From: an uncultured virus (IMG/VR IMGVR_UViG_3300032291_002419)
Taxonomy: Duplodnaviria > Heunggongvirae > Uroviricota > Caudoviricetes
IMG/VR virus record: IMGVR_UViG_3300032291_002419
Length of the DNA stretch: 63,890 nt
Direction: 5' to 3' (one strand)
The translations under genes and the position numbers were made by a program. Positions 1 through 9,924 of the stretch are shown piece by piece; positions within the stretch are counted from its first letter, which is position 1; every line of letters begins with the position of its first letter. Under the pieces are notes generated by a model. That model was not told the DNA's origin, did not search any database, and worked only from the letters and a program-made list of their open reading frames with translations.

Positions 1-2
1 AT

Positions 3-1118
3 ACCGATGTAGACTTTATACGCGATGGGCCAAAAACGGCAGTATGGTGTGCAAAGCGATTGGGATATCCAATTGTTGATGTTGAGATAATTGATGAACA
101 ATTTTACGCATGTTTTGAAGAATCGGTATCGGAATATTCAGCACAAATAAATCAATTTAATCTTCGTAATAATTTAGATATTCTAAAAGGGCAGCCAAAA
201 ACTGCTAGAAGTAATTATTCGCAAACATTGGTAGATGGTTCGTTTTTGCCAACTACAATCAGAATGTCGCAACAATACGGAACATTGGCGGGAGTTGGTG
301 GTAATACGCCCATTAAAAAGGCATACATTGAGTTAGTTGCAGGTCAGCAGAAATATAACTTAATGAGTGCATCAATTGATATAGACCGTAGTGCATCATT
401 TCAAGCACTATTTAGTGGTTCATCTACAATAGATGTAACTCGTGTATATTATGAAGCTACACCTGCTATTCAAAGATTTTTTGACCCATATTCGGTTGGA
501 GGACAAGGAACATTGAATTTATTGGATGAAATGGGATTTGGTTCATATTCACCAGCTGCTCAATTTTTATTAATGCCACTATATGAAGATGTGTTAAGAA
601 TACAGGCAATCGAATTGAATGACCATATCCGAAAATCACATCATACCTTTAATATTGTCAATAATATAATTGAAGTATTTCCATTACCGCAAAATAATGG
701 TATATCTAGGCTATATTTTGATTATATGAGTAGAGATGAGTTTGAGCATAATTCTCAAATTATACAACCCGAATCACTTTCAGATTATTCAGATATACCA
801 TACGATTTTATCCAATATTCCCTTATAAATGATGTGGGTAAGCAATGGATTAGAAAATATACATTAGCATTGGTAAAAGAATTATTGGGTGCTATTCGTG
901 AAAAATATAATTCAATTCCAATACCCGATGGTGAAATCAGTTTAGATGGTGGAGCATTACGAGCGGAGGCTCAAGTTGAAAAAGAAATGCTTGTAGCCCA
1001 ACTTAGAGAAAATTTGGAAGAATTGAGTAGAAAGAATGTGATGGAAAATAAAGCACACGAATCAGACCATCAGCAGGAAATGTTAAGAAAAGTTCCGTTA
1101 AAAATATATGTAGGATAA
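3..1118 (+). CDS. Neck/head-completion protein (T4 gp13-like), 5'-truncated by window edge
   Basis: Frame is open from base 3 (TDVDFIRDGPKTAVWCAKRLGYPIVDVE...); RLGYP.VDVE..DEQ and WIRKYTLAL..E.LG..R.KY motifs are typical of gp13; first gene of the neck-tail block. Confidence 0.75.
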   Translation, partial: TDVDFIRDGPKTAVWCAKRLGYPIVDVEIIDEQFYACFEESVSEYSAQINQFNLRNNLDILKGQPKTARSNYSQTLVDGSFLPTTIRMSQQYGTLAGVGGNTPIKKAYIELVAGQQKYNLMSASIDIDRSASFQALFSGSSTIDVTRVYYEATPAIQRFFDPYSVGGQGTLNLLDEMGFGSYSPAAQFLLMPLYEDVLRIQAIELNDHIRKSHHTFNIVNNIIEVFPLPQNNGISRLYFDYMSRDEFEHNSQIIQPESLSDYSDIPYDFIQYSLINDVGKQWIRKYTLALVKELLGAIREKYNSIPIPDGEISLDGGALRAEAQVEKEMLVAQLRENLEELSRKNVMENKAHESDHQQEMLRKVPLKIYVG

Positions 1119-1119
1119 T

Positions 1120-1575
1120 ATGCCAAAATTTATATCAGATAGAGATGTAGCCTTTTTTAAAGGATTGGCTAGGGAAGTAGTAGATACAGTTGTTGAAAAC
1201 GTAATCGTATTATTCAAAGTGAATTTGAATGAAACGAAAGTGAATTTGTACGGCGAATCGATTAATAAAACGTGGTATCCGGGCGTAGAACTATACGGTT
1301 TAATTAATAAGGAAGCAGAAACTGCCAATTATGAGGGGTTTGGCTCGGATACCAGTCAAAACATAGAATTCAGATTAGATAGATGGATGTGTGAAGAAAA
1401 AAATACATACCCAGAAATTGGAGATGTTATACTATTTGATAATTCATATTATGAGATAGATAATACAAACGAAATACAATTTGTAGGAGGACAACCTAAG
1501 AATAACTTTAGCATAGTATGTAGCACATTTATGATACGTAAATCTACATTGAATATACAAGAAAGAATTGATTAA
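1120..1575 (+). CDS. Neck/head-closure protein (gp14-like)
   Basis: Lies between gp13-like and gp15-like genes; LYGES and PEIGDVILFDNSYYEI motifs. Confidence 0.55.
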   Translation: MPKFISDRDVAFFKGLAREVVDTVVENVIVLFKVNLNETKVNLYGESINKTWYPGVELYGLINKEAETANYEGFGSDTSQNIEFRLDRWMCEEKNTYPEIGDVILFDNSYYEIDNTNEIQFVGGQPKNNFSIVCSTFMIRKSTLNIQERID

Positions 1576-1577
1576 AT

Positions 1578-2696
1578 ATGGCAATAAATCCGTTAAAGCT
1601 CGATTTAAATAGAGCAAGAGAAGTAAAATCTAACATTGGCGATGTCAAAAAGAGTGTAGGTCTATTTGATATAGATTACGCAATGATGACATATTTGGAA
1701 GATGTTGCGTTGCCGAAATTGGATTATAATGGAAAATCGGTAAGTATTCCGGTTATATATGGTAATTCCGAAAGATGGAAAGGGGCAAGACGTGAGGGGG
1801 TTTATAGAGATGCAAAAGGGCAGATTCAATTACCATTAATGATGCTTCGTAGAACATCAATTGCCAAAGATGATACGATGCCAATGCAAAATAGACACGT
1901 ATCATATCCTACTATTACCAAATATTCAAAAGATAATAGATATGATAGGTTTACTGCGCTTGGTTCAAATGTACAACCTAAGTATGAGTTATACAACATA
2001 GTAATGCCAGATTATGTGGAAATTAATTATGAATGTATGGTTTGGACTGATTATACGGAGCAGTTAAATTCAGTAATTGAACAATTAAACTTTACATCAC
2101 AATATTGGGGAGATAGGGATAAATTTAAATTTAGAACATCCATTTCGGATTTCAACGTAATAAATGAAGTTGGCGAAGGTTCTCAGCGAATAAATCGTGT
2201 TGAATTTAGTTTAAATGTGAAAGCACATTTACTTCCTGATAAATTTGATGGAGAATCTACTACAAGAAAATCGCTATCAATAAAGCGAATTGTAATTGCA
2301 ACCGAAACCGATGTGACAAGTGGAACAGGTCGATTGGAAAATATATTAATAACTCCATCACCATACTATGATAATAAAGATTTAGTTGATTTTTTATCAT
2401 TAAATGGTAGTAGGAATCAATCTACGATAGTAAATAATACCATAACATTTGGTGATATAAAGTTAATAAAAACACCAGCAGCGTTATCATCAATTGTAAC
2501 AGGTACAATGAATATTGGAAGTGATGTATATGATGTTAAAGTATATATAAATGGTGTAAGATATCAGCAATTAAACCAATTCACAGCATCTTTGGTGGGA
2601 AATTCACTTATTATAAATTTTAATTCTGCGGAGTTAGGGTTTGAAGTTGTTTCCGGCGATGATGTGAGTATAACTGGTAAATTTATTGATTTATAA
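1578..2696 (+). CDS. Tail terminator/sheath stabiliser (gp15-like) with C-terminal beta-rich extension
   Basis: IPVIYGNSERW, LPLMMLRRTSI and PDYVEINYE motifs; position before the sheath gene. Confidence 0.6.
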   Translation: MAINPLKLDLNRAREVKSNIGDVKKSVGLFDIDYAMMTYLEDVALPKLDYNGKSVSIPVIYGNSERWKGARREGVYRDAKGQIQLPLMMLRRTSIAKDDTMPMQNRHVSYPTITKYSKDNRYDRFTALGSNVQPKYELYNIVMPDYVEINYECMVWTDYTEQLNSVIEQLNFTSQYWGDRDKFKFRTSISDFNVINEVGEGSQRINRVEFSLNVKAHLLPDKFDGESTTRKSLSIKRIVIATETDVTSGTGRLENILITPSPYYDNKDLVDFLSLNGSRNQSTIVNNTITFGDIKLIKTPAALSSIVTGTMNIGSDVYDVKVYINGVRYQQLNQFTASLVGNSLIINFNSAELGFEVVSGDDVSITGKFIDL

Positions 2697-2793
2697 TAAA
2701 ATGCTATATATGATATATCTATATACAATTTTAATATTTATTATATTTATATGAGAACGATGTAATATGTTATACTATATAATTTAAAATAAA

Positions 2794-3183
2794 ATGAAAA
2801 TGAAATTAATTCAACCCATATCTATTTGGGAAAATGGAGTAACACTTGAGGCAAAAATACTAACCGCACATGCTGCTCATGTGAATTTAGAACACAGTGC
2901 AACATTTTACTACGCATTGCATTCGGAAACGGCAGATGGTAGGTTGGGACAAATGGTTAGAAATGGTAATGTATCAATATTTGGCGATGAATACGCTCAA
3001 TGGGAGCAAGATGAATATGTTTGGAATTGGATAGCATCTAAACTCAATCTAACTATCACTGGAGATTTTGTCGAATCGCCATATACGATGGAGATGCCAT
3101 ATACGACTGAAATTGATACAACATACGTGGAAACCGAAGTTATCTCCAACGATGAAGCTACTCCAGAAGTAGAAACAATTTAA
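2794..3183 (+). CDS. Hypothetical protein with acidic C-terminal tail (possibly tail-associated)
   Basis: 129-aa ORF preceded by ATATTTATA motif at 2743-2751. Confidence 0.5.
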   Translation: MKMKLIQPISIWENGVTLEAKILTAHAAHVNLEHSATFYYALHSETADGRLGQMVRNGNVSIFGDEYAQWEQDEYVWNWIASKLNLTITGDFVESPYTMEMPYTTEIDTTYVETEVISNDEATPEVETI

Positions 3184-3386
3184 TCATCGGTATTAATATA
3201 TCATATTTACTCATTTTTTAACGTCTAATAAACCATATACATTTTATTGGCAATTTTATAATTTAAAATTTATAGAGATATTATATCTATTCCGAAAAAC
3301 ATACAGAATAGATATAATAAATTGTTGTTTTGAAATAAAATATTATATTTATAGAAAGATAATAAAAATTTAAATTAATATATAAA

Positions 3387-5579
3387 ATGGCAGAAAAAAT
3401 AGTATCACCTGGCGTATTTACAAAAGAAAATGACCTTTCATTTTTACAACAAGGTGTAGCAGAAATAGGCGCAGCATTCATTGGTCCTTTTAAAGAAGGT
3501 CCTTTAGTCCCAACCATCGTTAATAGTCAAACGGAGTTTGAAACAATGTTCGGCACAGTAGATGATACATACTACACTCCGTTAGCAGTTCAATCGTATT
3601 TGAGAGAAGCAGGAAGTGCGACAATTTGCAGAGTAGCTGGTGTAGGCGGATATGTAGCAGGGCAACCCCTATTATTAGTAGCAACATCGGGTTCAGTATC
3701 ATCTTCGGTTGGATTTATATTTCCAACAGGTTCATCTGCAACGGGATTAAGTGGCTCATCTATAATAGAAAGTATTGTAAGTAAGAGTATATCTTTAAAT
3801 CCAGAAGATGTAAACGATGTTGAATCTACATTTGGAACAAATCCATTAGGGTCAAAAGCAGGATATGTATATGGATTCTTTAAGAACACCAATATTGGAT
3901 TTGGAGCAAGCACTACTCAAAGTGTATTTGCATTAGGAACTCAGAATTTCGGATTTGATGCACAAGCCGCATTAACTCCAATGATTCAATCTCAAACAAT
4001 TAGTGGCGAGAGATTTAATCTTTTCCAATTTGAAACATTTGGTGCAGGAAATTTGGCAAATACAAAAATCAAAGTTGGTATTACAAATATCAAATCGGCT
4101 GGTTCAGTAAATGGAACAGATTATGGAACATTTACCGTAGTTGTGAGAAATTATACTGATACAAATAAAAGAAAATCAGTATTAGAAACTTGGTCAAATG
4201 TAAATTTAGACCCTAATTCTCCAAACTACATCGCAAAAGTAATTGGTGATAGAAAATTGACAATTGATGCGAGTGGTAAAATTACAGAAGAGGGTTCGTG
4301 GGTAAATAACTCAAAATATATTAGAATTCAAAACTTAAATGAAGTAGCACCGGTTCAAGCAGTTCCATTTGGACATGCAGCATATCAACTACCTGTAAAT
4401 GGAGGAATATATGCAAACTTAATTCCAGCAGTATCATTTGTAACCGCATCGGCTACCCAATATGGTGGTATTGATTTGGATTTTAATACGGATAATGCAA
4501 TTTATATGAAGCCAATTCCGCAAAGTGCTGGAAATGGGGCTAACGTAGTATTTGGATTAGATTCAGCAAATGGTGGAAGTTTAACAGTAGGTTCAACTTC
4601 GGCACAATTCGTTGTAGGTTTCCAAGAAGGATTTGATGGAATGGCACCTACTACACCAATTTATACAGGCGCAGTTATTGAAACTGGAAATTCGCAAGGA
4701 TTTGACTTGACAAATTCAACTTCAAGTGGCTCGGTATCATATATGAAAGCAATTAACGCTTTATCAAATACGGATGAGTGGGATATTAATATGGTAGTAG
4801 CACCTGGAGTTATTCAAAGATTACATTCTTACATTTCGACCGCATTAATAGATTTAGTAGAACAAAGAAGTGATGCATTCTTATTATTAGATAGTATAGC
4901 AGCTGGAGATACAGTCGCACAAGCGGTAACGCAGGCGGGTAACATTGATAGTAATTATGCGGCATCATATTATCCTTGGATTAAAACAATAGATATAAAT
5001 ACAAATAAACTAATCACAATTCCACCATCAGTATTATTGCCAGGAGTATTTGCGGCAAATGATAGAATATCGGCAGAATGGTTCGCACCAGCCGGTTTGA
5101 ATAGAGGTGGTTTGACTGGAGCAGTTAGCGTATTGAATAGATTGACACAATCTGAAAAAGATACACTATATGAAGGAAAAGTAAATCCAATCGTTCAATT
5201 TCCAGGACAAGGCATTGTAGTATTCGGACAAAAGACATTACAAGATAAACCATCTGCATTGGATAGAATTAATGTAAGAAGATTACTATTAACTGTTAGA
5301 AAGTATATCGCATCGACTTCTCGCTACTTAGTGTTCGAACAAAACACTTCGGAAACTAGAAATAGATTTTTAAATATTGTTAATCCATATTTAGAATCAA
5401 TTCAACAAAGACAAGGGCTTTACGCATTCAGAGTAGTAATGGATGAAAGTAACAATACTCCAGATGTAATCGATAGAAACATAATGCAAGGAGCTATATA
5501 TTTACAACCAACGAAAACCGCTGAATTTATTCAGATTGATTTCAATATTTTACCAACAGGTGCGGCTTTTAGCGGATAA
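3387..5579 (+). CDS. Contractile tail sheath protein (gp18-like)
   Basis: N-terminal VSPGVFTKENDLS; C-terminal WFAPAGLNRG, GQKTLQ..SALDRINVRRLL, YLQPTKTAEFI. Confidence 0.95.
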   Translation: MAEKIVSPGVFTKENDLSFLQQGVAEIGAAFIGPFKEGPLVPTIVNSQTEFETMFGTVDDTYYTPLAVQSYLREAGSATICRVAGVGGYVAGQPLLLVATSGSVSSSVGFIFPTGSSATGLSGSSIIESIVSKSISLNPEDVNDVESTFGTNPLGSKAGYVYGFFKNTNIGFGASTTQSVFALGTQNFGFDAQAALTPMIQSQTISGERFNLFQFETFGAGNLANTKIKVGITNIKSAGSVNGTDYGTFTVVVRNYTDTNKRKSVLETWSNVNLDPNSPNYIAKVIGDRKLTIDASGKITEEGSWVNNSKYIRIQNLNEVAPVQAVPFGHAAYQLPVNGGIYANLIPAVSFVTASATQYGGIDLDFNTDNAIYMKPIPQSAGNGANVVFGLDSANGGSLTVGSTSAQFVVGFQEGFDGMAPTTPIYTGAVIETGNSQGFDLTNSTSSGSVSYMKAINALSNTDEWDINMVVAPGVIQRLHSYISTALIDLVEQRSDAFLLLDSIAAGDTVAQAVTQAGNIDSNYAASYYPWIKTIDINTNKLITIPPSVLLPGVFAANDRISAEWFAPAGLNRGGLTGAVSVLNRLTQSEKDTLYEGKVNPIVQFPGQGIVVFGQKTLQDKPSALDRINVRRLLLTVRKYIASTSRYLVFEQNTSETRNRFLNIVNPYLESIQQRQGLYAFRVVMDESNNTPDVIDRNIMQGAIYLQPTKTAEFIQIDFNILPTGAAFSG

Positions 5580-5626
5580 TTTGAAAAATAGATATTTATA
5601 TATAAAAACAATTAAAGAGAAATAAG

Positions 5627-6115
5627 ATGCCAGAAATATTAGAGTTCGATAAAATGTTCTATACCAACTTTGAACCAAAGTTAGGTAATAGATTCATAAT
5701 GGAAATCAACGGAATACAATCATATATGATTAAAACCGCAAGTAGACCAACGTTTACATCGGAAGTAGTTGAATTAGACCATATTAACGTAAAAAGAAAG
5801 ATTAAAGGTAAATCAACTTGGGATGATATTAGTATTACTTTATATGACCCAATTGTTCCATCTGGAGCACAGCAAGTTATGGAATGGATTAGAAGTTCGC
5901 ATGAATCATTAACAGGACGTGATGGATACGCAGCGTTTTATAAAAAAGATATCACATTCTATCTATTAGGCCCAGTTGGTGATAAAATTGAACAATGGAC
6001 TTTGAAAGGAGCATTTATTAATTCAGCAAACTTTGGAGAATTAGATTGGGCTTCAAATGACCCGTTATCAATAGAATTGGGTTTAAGCTATGATTATGCT
6101 ATTTTAGAATATTAA
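5627..6115 (+). CDS. Tail tube protein (gp19-like)
   Basis: 162 aa directly after the sheath; WDDISITLYD, EQWTLKGAF, LSYDYA. Confidence 0.9.
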   Translation: MPEILEFDKMFYTNFEPKLGNRFIMEINGIQSYMIKTASRPTFTSEVVELDHINVKRKIKGKSTWDDISITLYDPIVPSGAQQVMEWIRSSHESLTGRDGYAAFYKKDITFYLLGPVGDKIEQWTLKGAFINSANFGELDWASNDPLSIELGLSYDYAILEY

Positions 6116-6180
6116 CCTTAACACATAAGTGAACAAATTTGAAAAGTTAATTAGTAAATTCTGAAAAACTAAAAAAAATT

Positions 6181-6213
6181 AAAAACCTCTTTATAATATA
6201 AGGAGGTTTTTTT
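6181..6213 (+). terminator. Intrinsic terminator after tail tube gene
   Basis: AAAAACCTC...GAGGTTTTTTT inverted repeat with T-tract. Confidence 0.7.
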
Positions 6214-6266
6214 ATTTATAATTTTTAAAAAAAATGAATATATATATTAAATATTAAGTTATAAAT

Positions 6267-7085
6267 ATGGAACAATCAAACGTAGAACAGCAAGTTACAA
6301 GAGGAATGGGGACATATCCAAGTCACGAATCAAAAAATTATCCATTTCCAACGGAAATCATTAGTTTACCATCAAAAGGATTGGTATATCCTGAAAATAA
6401 CCCATTATCATCCGGAGAAATCACAATAAAACTACTAACGGCAAAAGAAGAAGATATCCTCACTTCAACTAATTTAATTAGGAAGGGGGTTGTCATAGAT
6501 AGGCTATTGGAGTCAATTGTGGTCGATAGTAATGTTAAAGTTGGTGATTTAGTAATCGGAGATAAAAACGCTATATTGGTAGCAACTAGAGTATTAGCGT
6601 ATGGTCCTGAATATGCGGTTACGATTACAGACCCAAGCGAAAACGAGCCAGTTGATGTAAAAGTTGATATGTCAAAATTAAAAATCAAAGAAATTCCTGA
6701 TGAATTATTAAATCGTCAAAACGAATATGAATTCAAATTACCGAAAGGGAATACCACTATTAAATTTAAATTACTAACTCATGCAGATGAATTGGCGATT
6801 AATAAAGATATTGAGGCTAGTGAGAAAACATTAAAGCAAGGAAACGAAGTAACGACTCGTTTAAGGCGTATAATAGTTGAAGTTAATGGTAATAGAGAAG
6901 TTGGATATATTAGTAACTTTGTAATAAATCAATTACAAGCTGCCGATTCGAAGGCTTTGCGAAAGTATATGCAAACGTTGACTCCCGATATAGATTTGAC
7001 TTTTGAATACACATCCCCTTATACAGGTGAGACGGAGGCTCTCCGAATCCCTATGGGGATTGACTTTTTTTACCCTGCCGATTAA
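6267..7085 (+). CDS. Baseplate hub/tail assembly chaperone (T4 gp26-like)
   Basis: LPSKGLVY, LTAKEEDIL and terminal IPMGIDFFYP; lies between tube and tape measure genes. Confidence 0.75.
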   Translation: MEQSNVEQQVTRGMGTYPSHESKNYPFPTEIISLPSKGLVYPENNPLSSGEITIKLLTAKEEDILTSTNLIRKGVVIDRLLESIVVDSNVKVGDLVIGDKNAILVATRVLAYGPEYAVTITDPSENEPVDVKVDMSKLKIKEIPDELLNRQNEYEFKLPKGNTTIKFKLLTHADELAINKDIEASEKTLKQGNEVTTRLRRIIVEVNGNREVGYISNFVINQLQAADSKALRKYMQTLTPDIDLTFEYTSPYTGETEALRIPMGIDFFYPAD

Positions 7086-7296
7086 TTACGGAATTACATT
7101 ACATAAGCAGATATTTAGTTTAATTTATAATTCAAATGGAGGGTTTAACTGGCATGATGTTTATTTTATGCCAGTTAAACTAAGAGAATTTTATTGGAAA
7201 GAGTTAATAAAATCAAAAGAAGCCGAATCCAAAGTATATGAAGATGCCTCTCGCAAAAATGCATTACAAACATCAAATACAGTTAAGCGGCGATAA
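7066..7296 (+). CDS. Overlapping +1-frame extension of the chaperone (gp51/gpGT-like), probably made by frameshifting
   Basis: Open frame overlaps the T7 run at 7065-7071; encodes HKQIFSLIY...WHDVYFMPVKLREFY; no ATG upstream of the conserved part. Confidence 0.6.
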   Translation, partial: FFTLPINYGITLHKQIFSLIYNSNGGFNWHDVYFMPVKLREFYWKELIKSKEAESKVYEDASRKNALQTSNTVKRR

Positions 7297-7334
7297 AAAA
7301 TTATATTTTATATTTATTAATATAGATTTTAATA

Positions 7335-9866
7335 ATGGCAAATTCCAATAATCGTAATAGAAATGTAATCGATAATGTAGAAAGAAGTATCGGTACTCTT
7401 AATCAAAATATAATAAGTTTTGAGAGAACTATCAATACATTAGTTAATAGTATAAATGCATTTCAAAACTCAGTAGGAACGAATTCACCATCACCTACAT
7501 CTTCGAATGGAAATACCAATTCCAATAGACGAACTACTAGCGCAAGGCGTGGATATGCAACTGAAACCCAAAAGCAAATGTCTAAATTTGATAAAGATGC
7601 GGCTCGTCTGGGAATGCAGCGTATTAACGATTTTACTAATAATGTGTTTGGCAAACGAGCCACCGAAAAGATGAATAGAGCTATGGCTCGTGGGTTGGGA
7701 TATATAAATCCACGTAATGCAACCGGCGGTGGTGGTATAGGGGGTGCAATGCGTAGTGCAGGAGGTAGTATGGGTACAATACTTGGTTCGGCACTTAGAA
7801 TGGCAGGCCCTGCTGCCGCAATATTAGGTGTTGCTAAACAGGCATTTGATTTTTGGGATAGTGGTGGAATAGCCAAATTAAAGATTGGTGCAAAAATGCT
7901 GACCGGAAATAAAATGACGGGAGTAGACGATATTGCCAGTGTTCAAAAAGATTTGGAAGGAACGGAGCAAATGCGTAAATTGAATGCGGAATATAACTAT
8001 AAAATTCCATTACAATTAAAACAGCAAGCAGCCGATGATATGTTTGATTATAATAAGGGAATTGAGCAGGACCAACTTAATTATCAACAAGGATTAGTTA
8101 AAGATAAATTAGATTATCAGCTGGGATTAACAAAGGATGCATTGAATTTTCAATTACAACAAGCTATGGAAACATTAGATGCGGAATTGGAAAAACGAAA
8201 AGCTATTCAATCTTCTGGAATGAAATTTATTAGTAAATATTCAACTATATCGGAAAGAGCATTAAAAGCAATTGGTTCTTCAACTAAAGCTATAATAGAA
8301 GGTATTAGTAAATTTCAATTCGTATTCGGTGGTAGTGTAAAAGATAGCTTTAAATTAAATGAACAAGCTGCGGGTTTATCTTACCACCTTGGGGGTTCAG
8401 CCGATGATGTTATGAATATGACAAATCTTTTCCGTTTAATGGGAAACACATCAGCTGAAATGGCACAAAATTTGATAGGGGGTATAGAAGCTTTTGCAAA
8501 ACAAAACTTATTATCACCCCAAGCAATATTCAATCAAATCAAAGATGCGGGAGAAGATATATACAAATTTAGTAGTGGTACTGCTGATAATTTTGTAAAA
8601 CAAGCTGGCCTACTTACTAAAATGAGTGTATCGATGAGTCAAATGATGAAGGCATCGGATTCAATGGTATTAAATTATCAAGATAGTATAAAAGCCGAAA
8701 TGAGTTTATCAGCAATGCTTGGAAAAAATGTAAACCTTTCCGAAGTAAGGGCTAGACTAATGAGTAACGACACACCAGGTGCAGCATCGGCACTTAAATC
8801 TGCATTAAGTGGTATCGATATTGGTTCTATGAACGCATTCCAAAGGCAAGCATTAACACAAGCTACCGGAATGGATATCTCCGCATTAATGGGATTACAA
8901 CAAGGCAAAGGTGGTGTATTGACTGGTGAGTTGAAAGCTGAGAAAGATAAAGGAAAAGCGTTCGCAGATGCAGCACTTAAACAAGATATATCAAACGCCG
9001 GTGCGAAACTTAGATTGGAACAAGACCAAAGAGCCAAATTATTAGCATTCGAACAGAGACAGCGGTTGATAATGTTAAATCTGGAACAGGCTCAAAGATT
9101 GGATGGCATATTCTTGGAACAAAAATATAGAGCATTGGCCGCAGATAAGGATTATGCACAGTCAAAAGAACTGATGGCAATAGAGATGATGGCCGATGTT
9201 GCGGCAAACTTCGCAGTAAACTTAAAATCAGGAACCGCTAGCGCATTTGACTCAAAAAACTTACCTAATGTAACATATTTCAATCGAGCCGTTGGAAAAT
9301 TCGATGATAAGGTTACTGATTTAATAAGTAGTGGAGCTATAAAAGGCACTGATATGCGATTGGCAGATTATCTTTCTAAAAAAGATAGTATTATGGCAAA
9401 TGTATCCAAAAAAACCACTCCTGCTGATGTTGAAAATCGGATGCAAAAATTATATACGGATATATTTGGCTCGACAATATCAAATCAAAAAAGTAAACCC
9501 GTAGACTGGTTGGCGCCTATGAAAAATGTAGGTATGCAATTGGGAAAAAATAGTTCTATGACGAAAGAACTTATGACAGGCGTAGTATCTAACAATAAAG
9601 TATCTACCAAATCAACGGTTACGGCGATAGCTAGTACAGGTCAAAAGCAAATTAGTAAACAAACCGAATCATTAACGGAATCGCAATATTCAAATAAGAT
9701 ACAAAATGAAATGGTAGCTCTTTTAGCAGTCAATGCGACAATATTAGAGAGAATCGCAATCAATACCAACCTTGCCAATGGTGTAATGTCAATTAATTTG
9801 GATGGCGCTACGCTTAATAAAAAATTATTAGCAAATACTCGAAAAAACTACTCAGTAAATAGATAG
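7335..9866 (+). CDS. Tape measure protein
   Basis: 843-aa Ala/Gly/Met/Gln-rich helical protein after the chaperone; C-terminal INLDGATL motif. Confidence 0.8.
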   Translation: MANSNNRNRNVIDNVERSIGTLNQNIISFERTINTLVNSINAFQNSVGTNSPSPTSSNGNTNSNRRTTSARRGYATETQKQMSKFDKDAARLGMQRINDFTNNVFGKRATEKMNRAMARGLGYINPRNATGGGGIGGAMRSAGGSMGTILGSALRMAGPAAAILGVAKQAFDFWDSGGIAKLKIGAKMLTGNKMTGVDDIASVQKDLEGTEQMRKLNAEYNYKIPLQLKQQAADDMFDYNKGIEQDQLNYQQGLVKDKLDYQLGLTKDALNFQLQQAMETLDAELEKRKAIQSSGMKFISKYSTISERALKAIGSSTKAIIEGISKFQFVFGGSVKDSFKLNEQAAGLSYHLGGSADDVMNMTNLFRLMGNTSAEMAQNLIGGIEAFAKQNLLSPQAIFNQIKDAGEDIYKFSSGTADNFVKQAGLLTKMSVSMSQMMKASDSMVLNYQDSIKAEMSLSAMLGKNVNLSEVRARLMSNDTPGAASALKSALSGIDIGSMNAFQRQALTQATGMDISALMGLQQGKGGVLTGELKAEKDKGKAFADAALKQDISNAGAKLRLEQDQRAKLLAFEQRQRLIMLNLEQAQRLDGIFLEQKYRALAADKDYAQSKELMAIEMMADVAANFAVNLKSGTASAFDSKNLPNVTYFNRAVGKFDDKVTDLISSGAIKGTDMRLADYLSKKDSIMANVSKKTTPADVENRMQKLYTDIFGSTISNQKSKPVDWLAPMKNVGMQLGKNSSMTKELMTGVVSNNKVSTKSTVTAIASTGQKQISKQTESLTESQYSNKIQNEMVALLAVNATILERIAINTNLANGVMSINLDGATLNKKLLANTRKNYSVNR

Positions 9867-9924
9867 GATATATTAAATCCTATAAATTTACAATATAGAT
9901 ATTTATAGTAAATATAAACTATAA

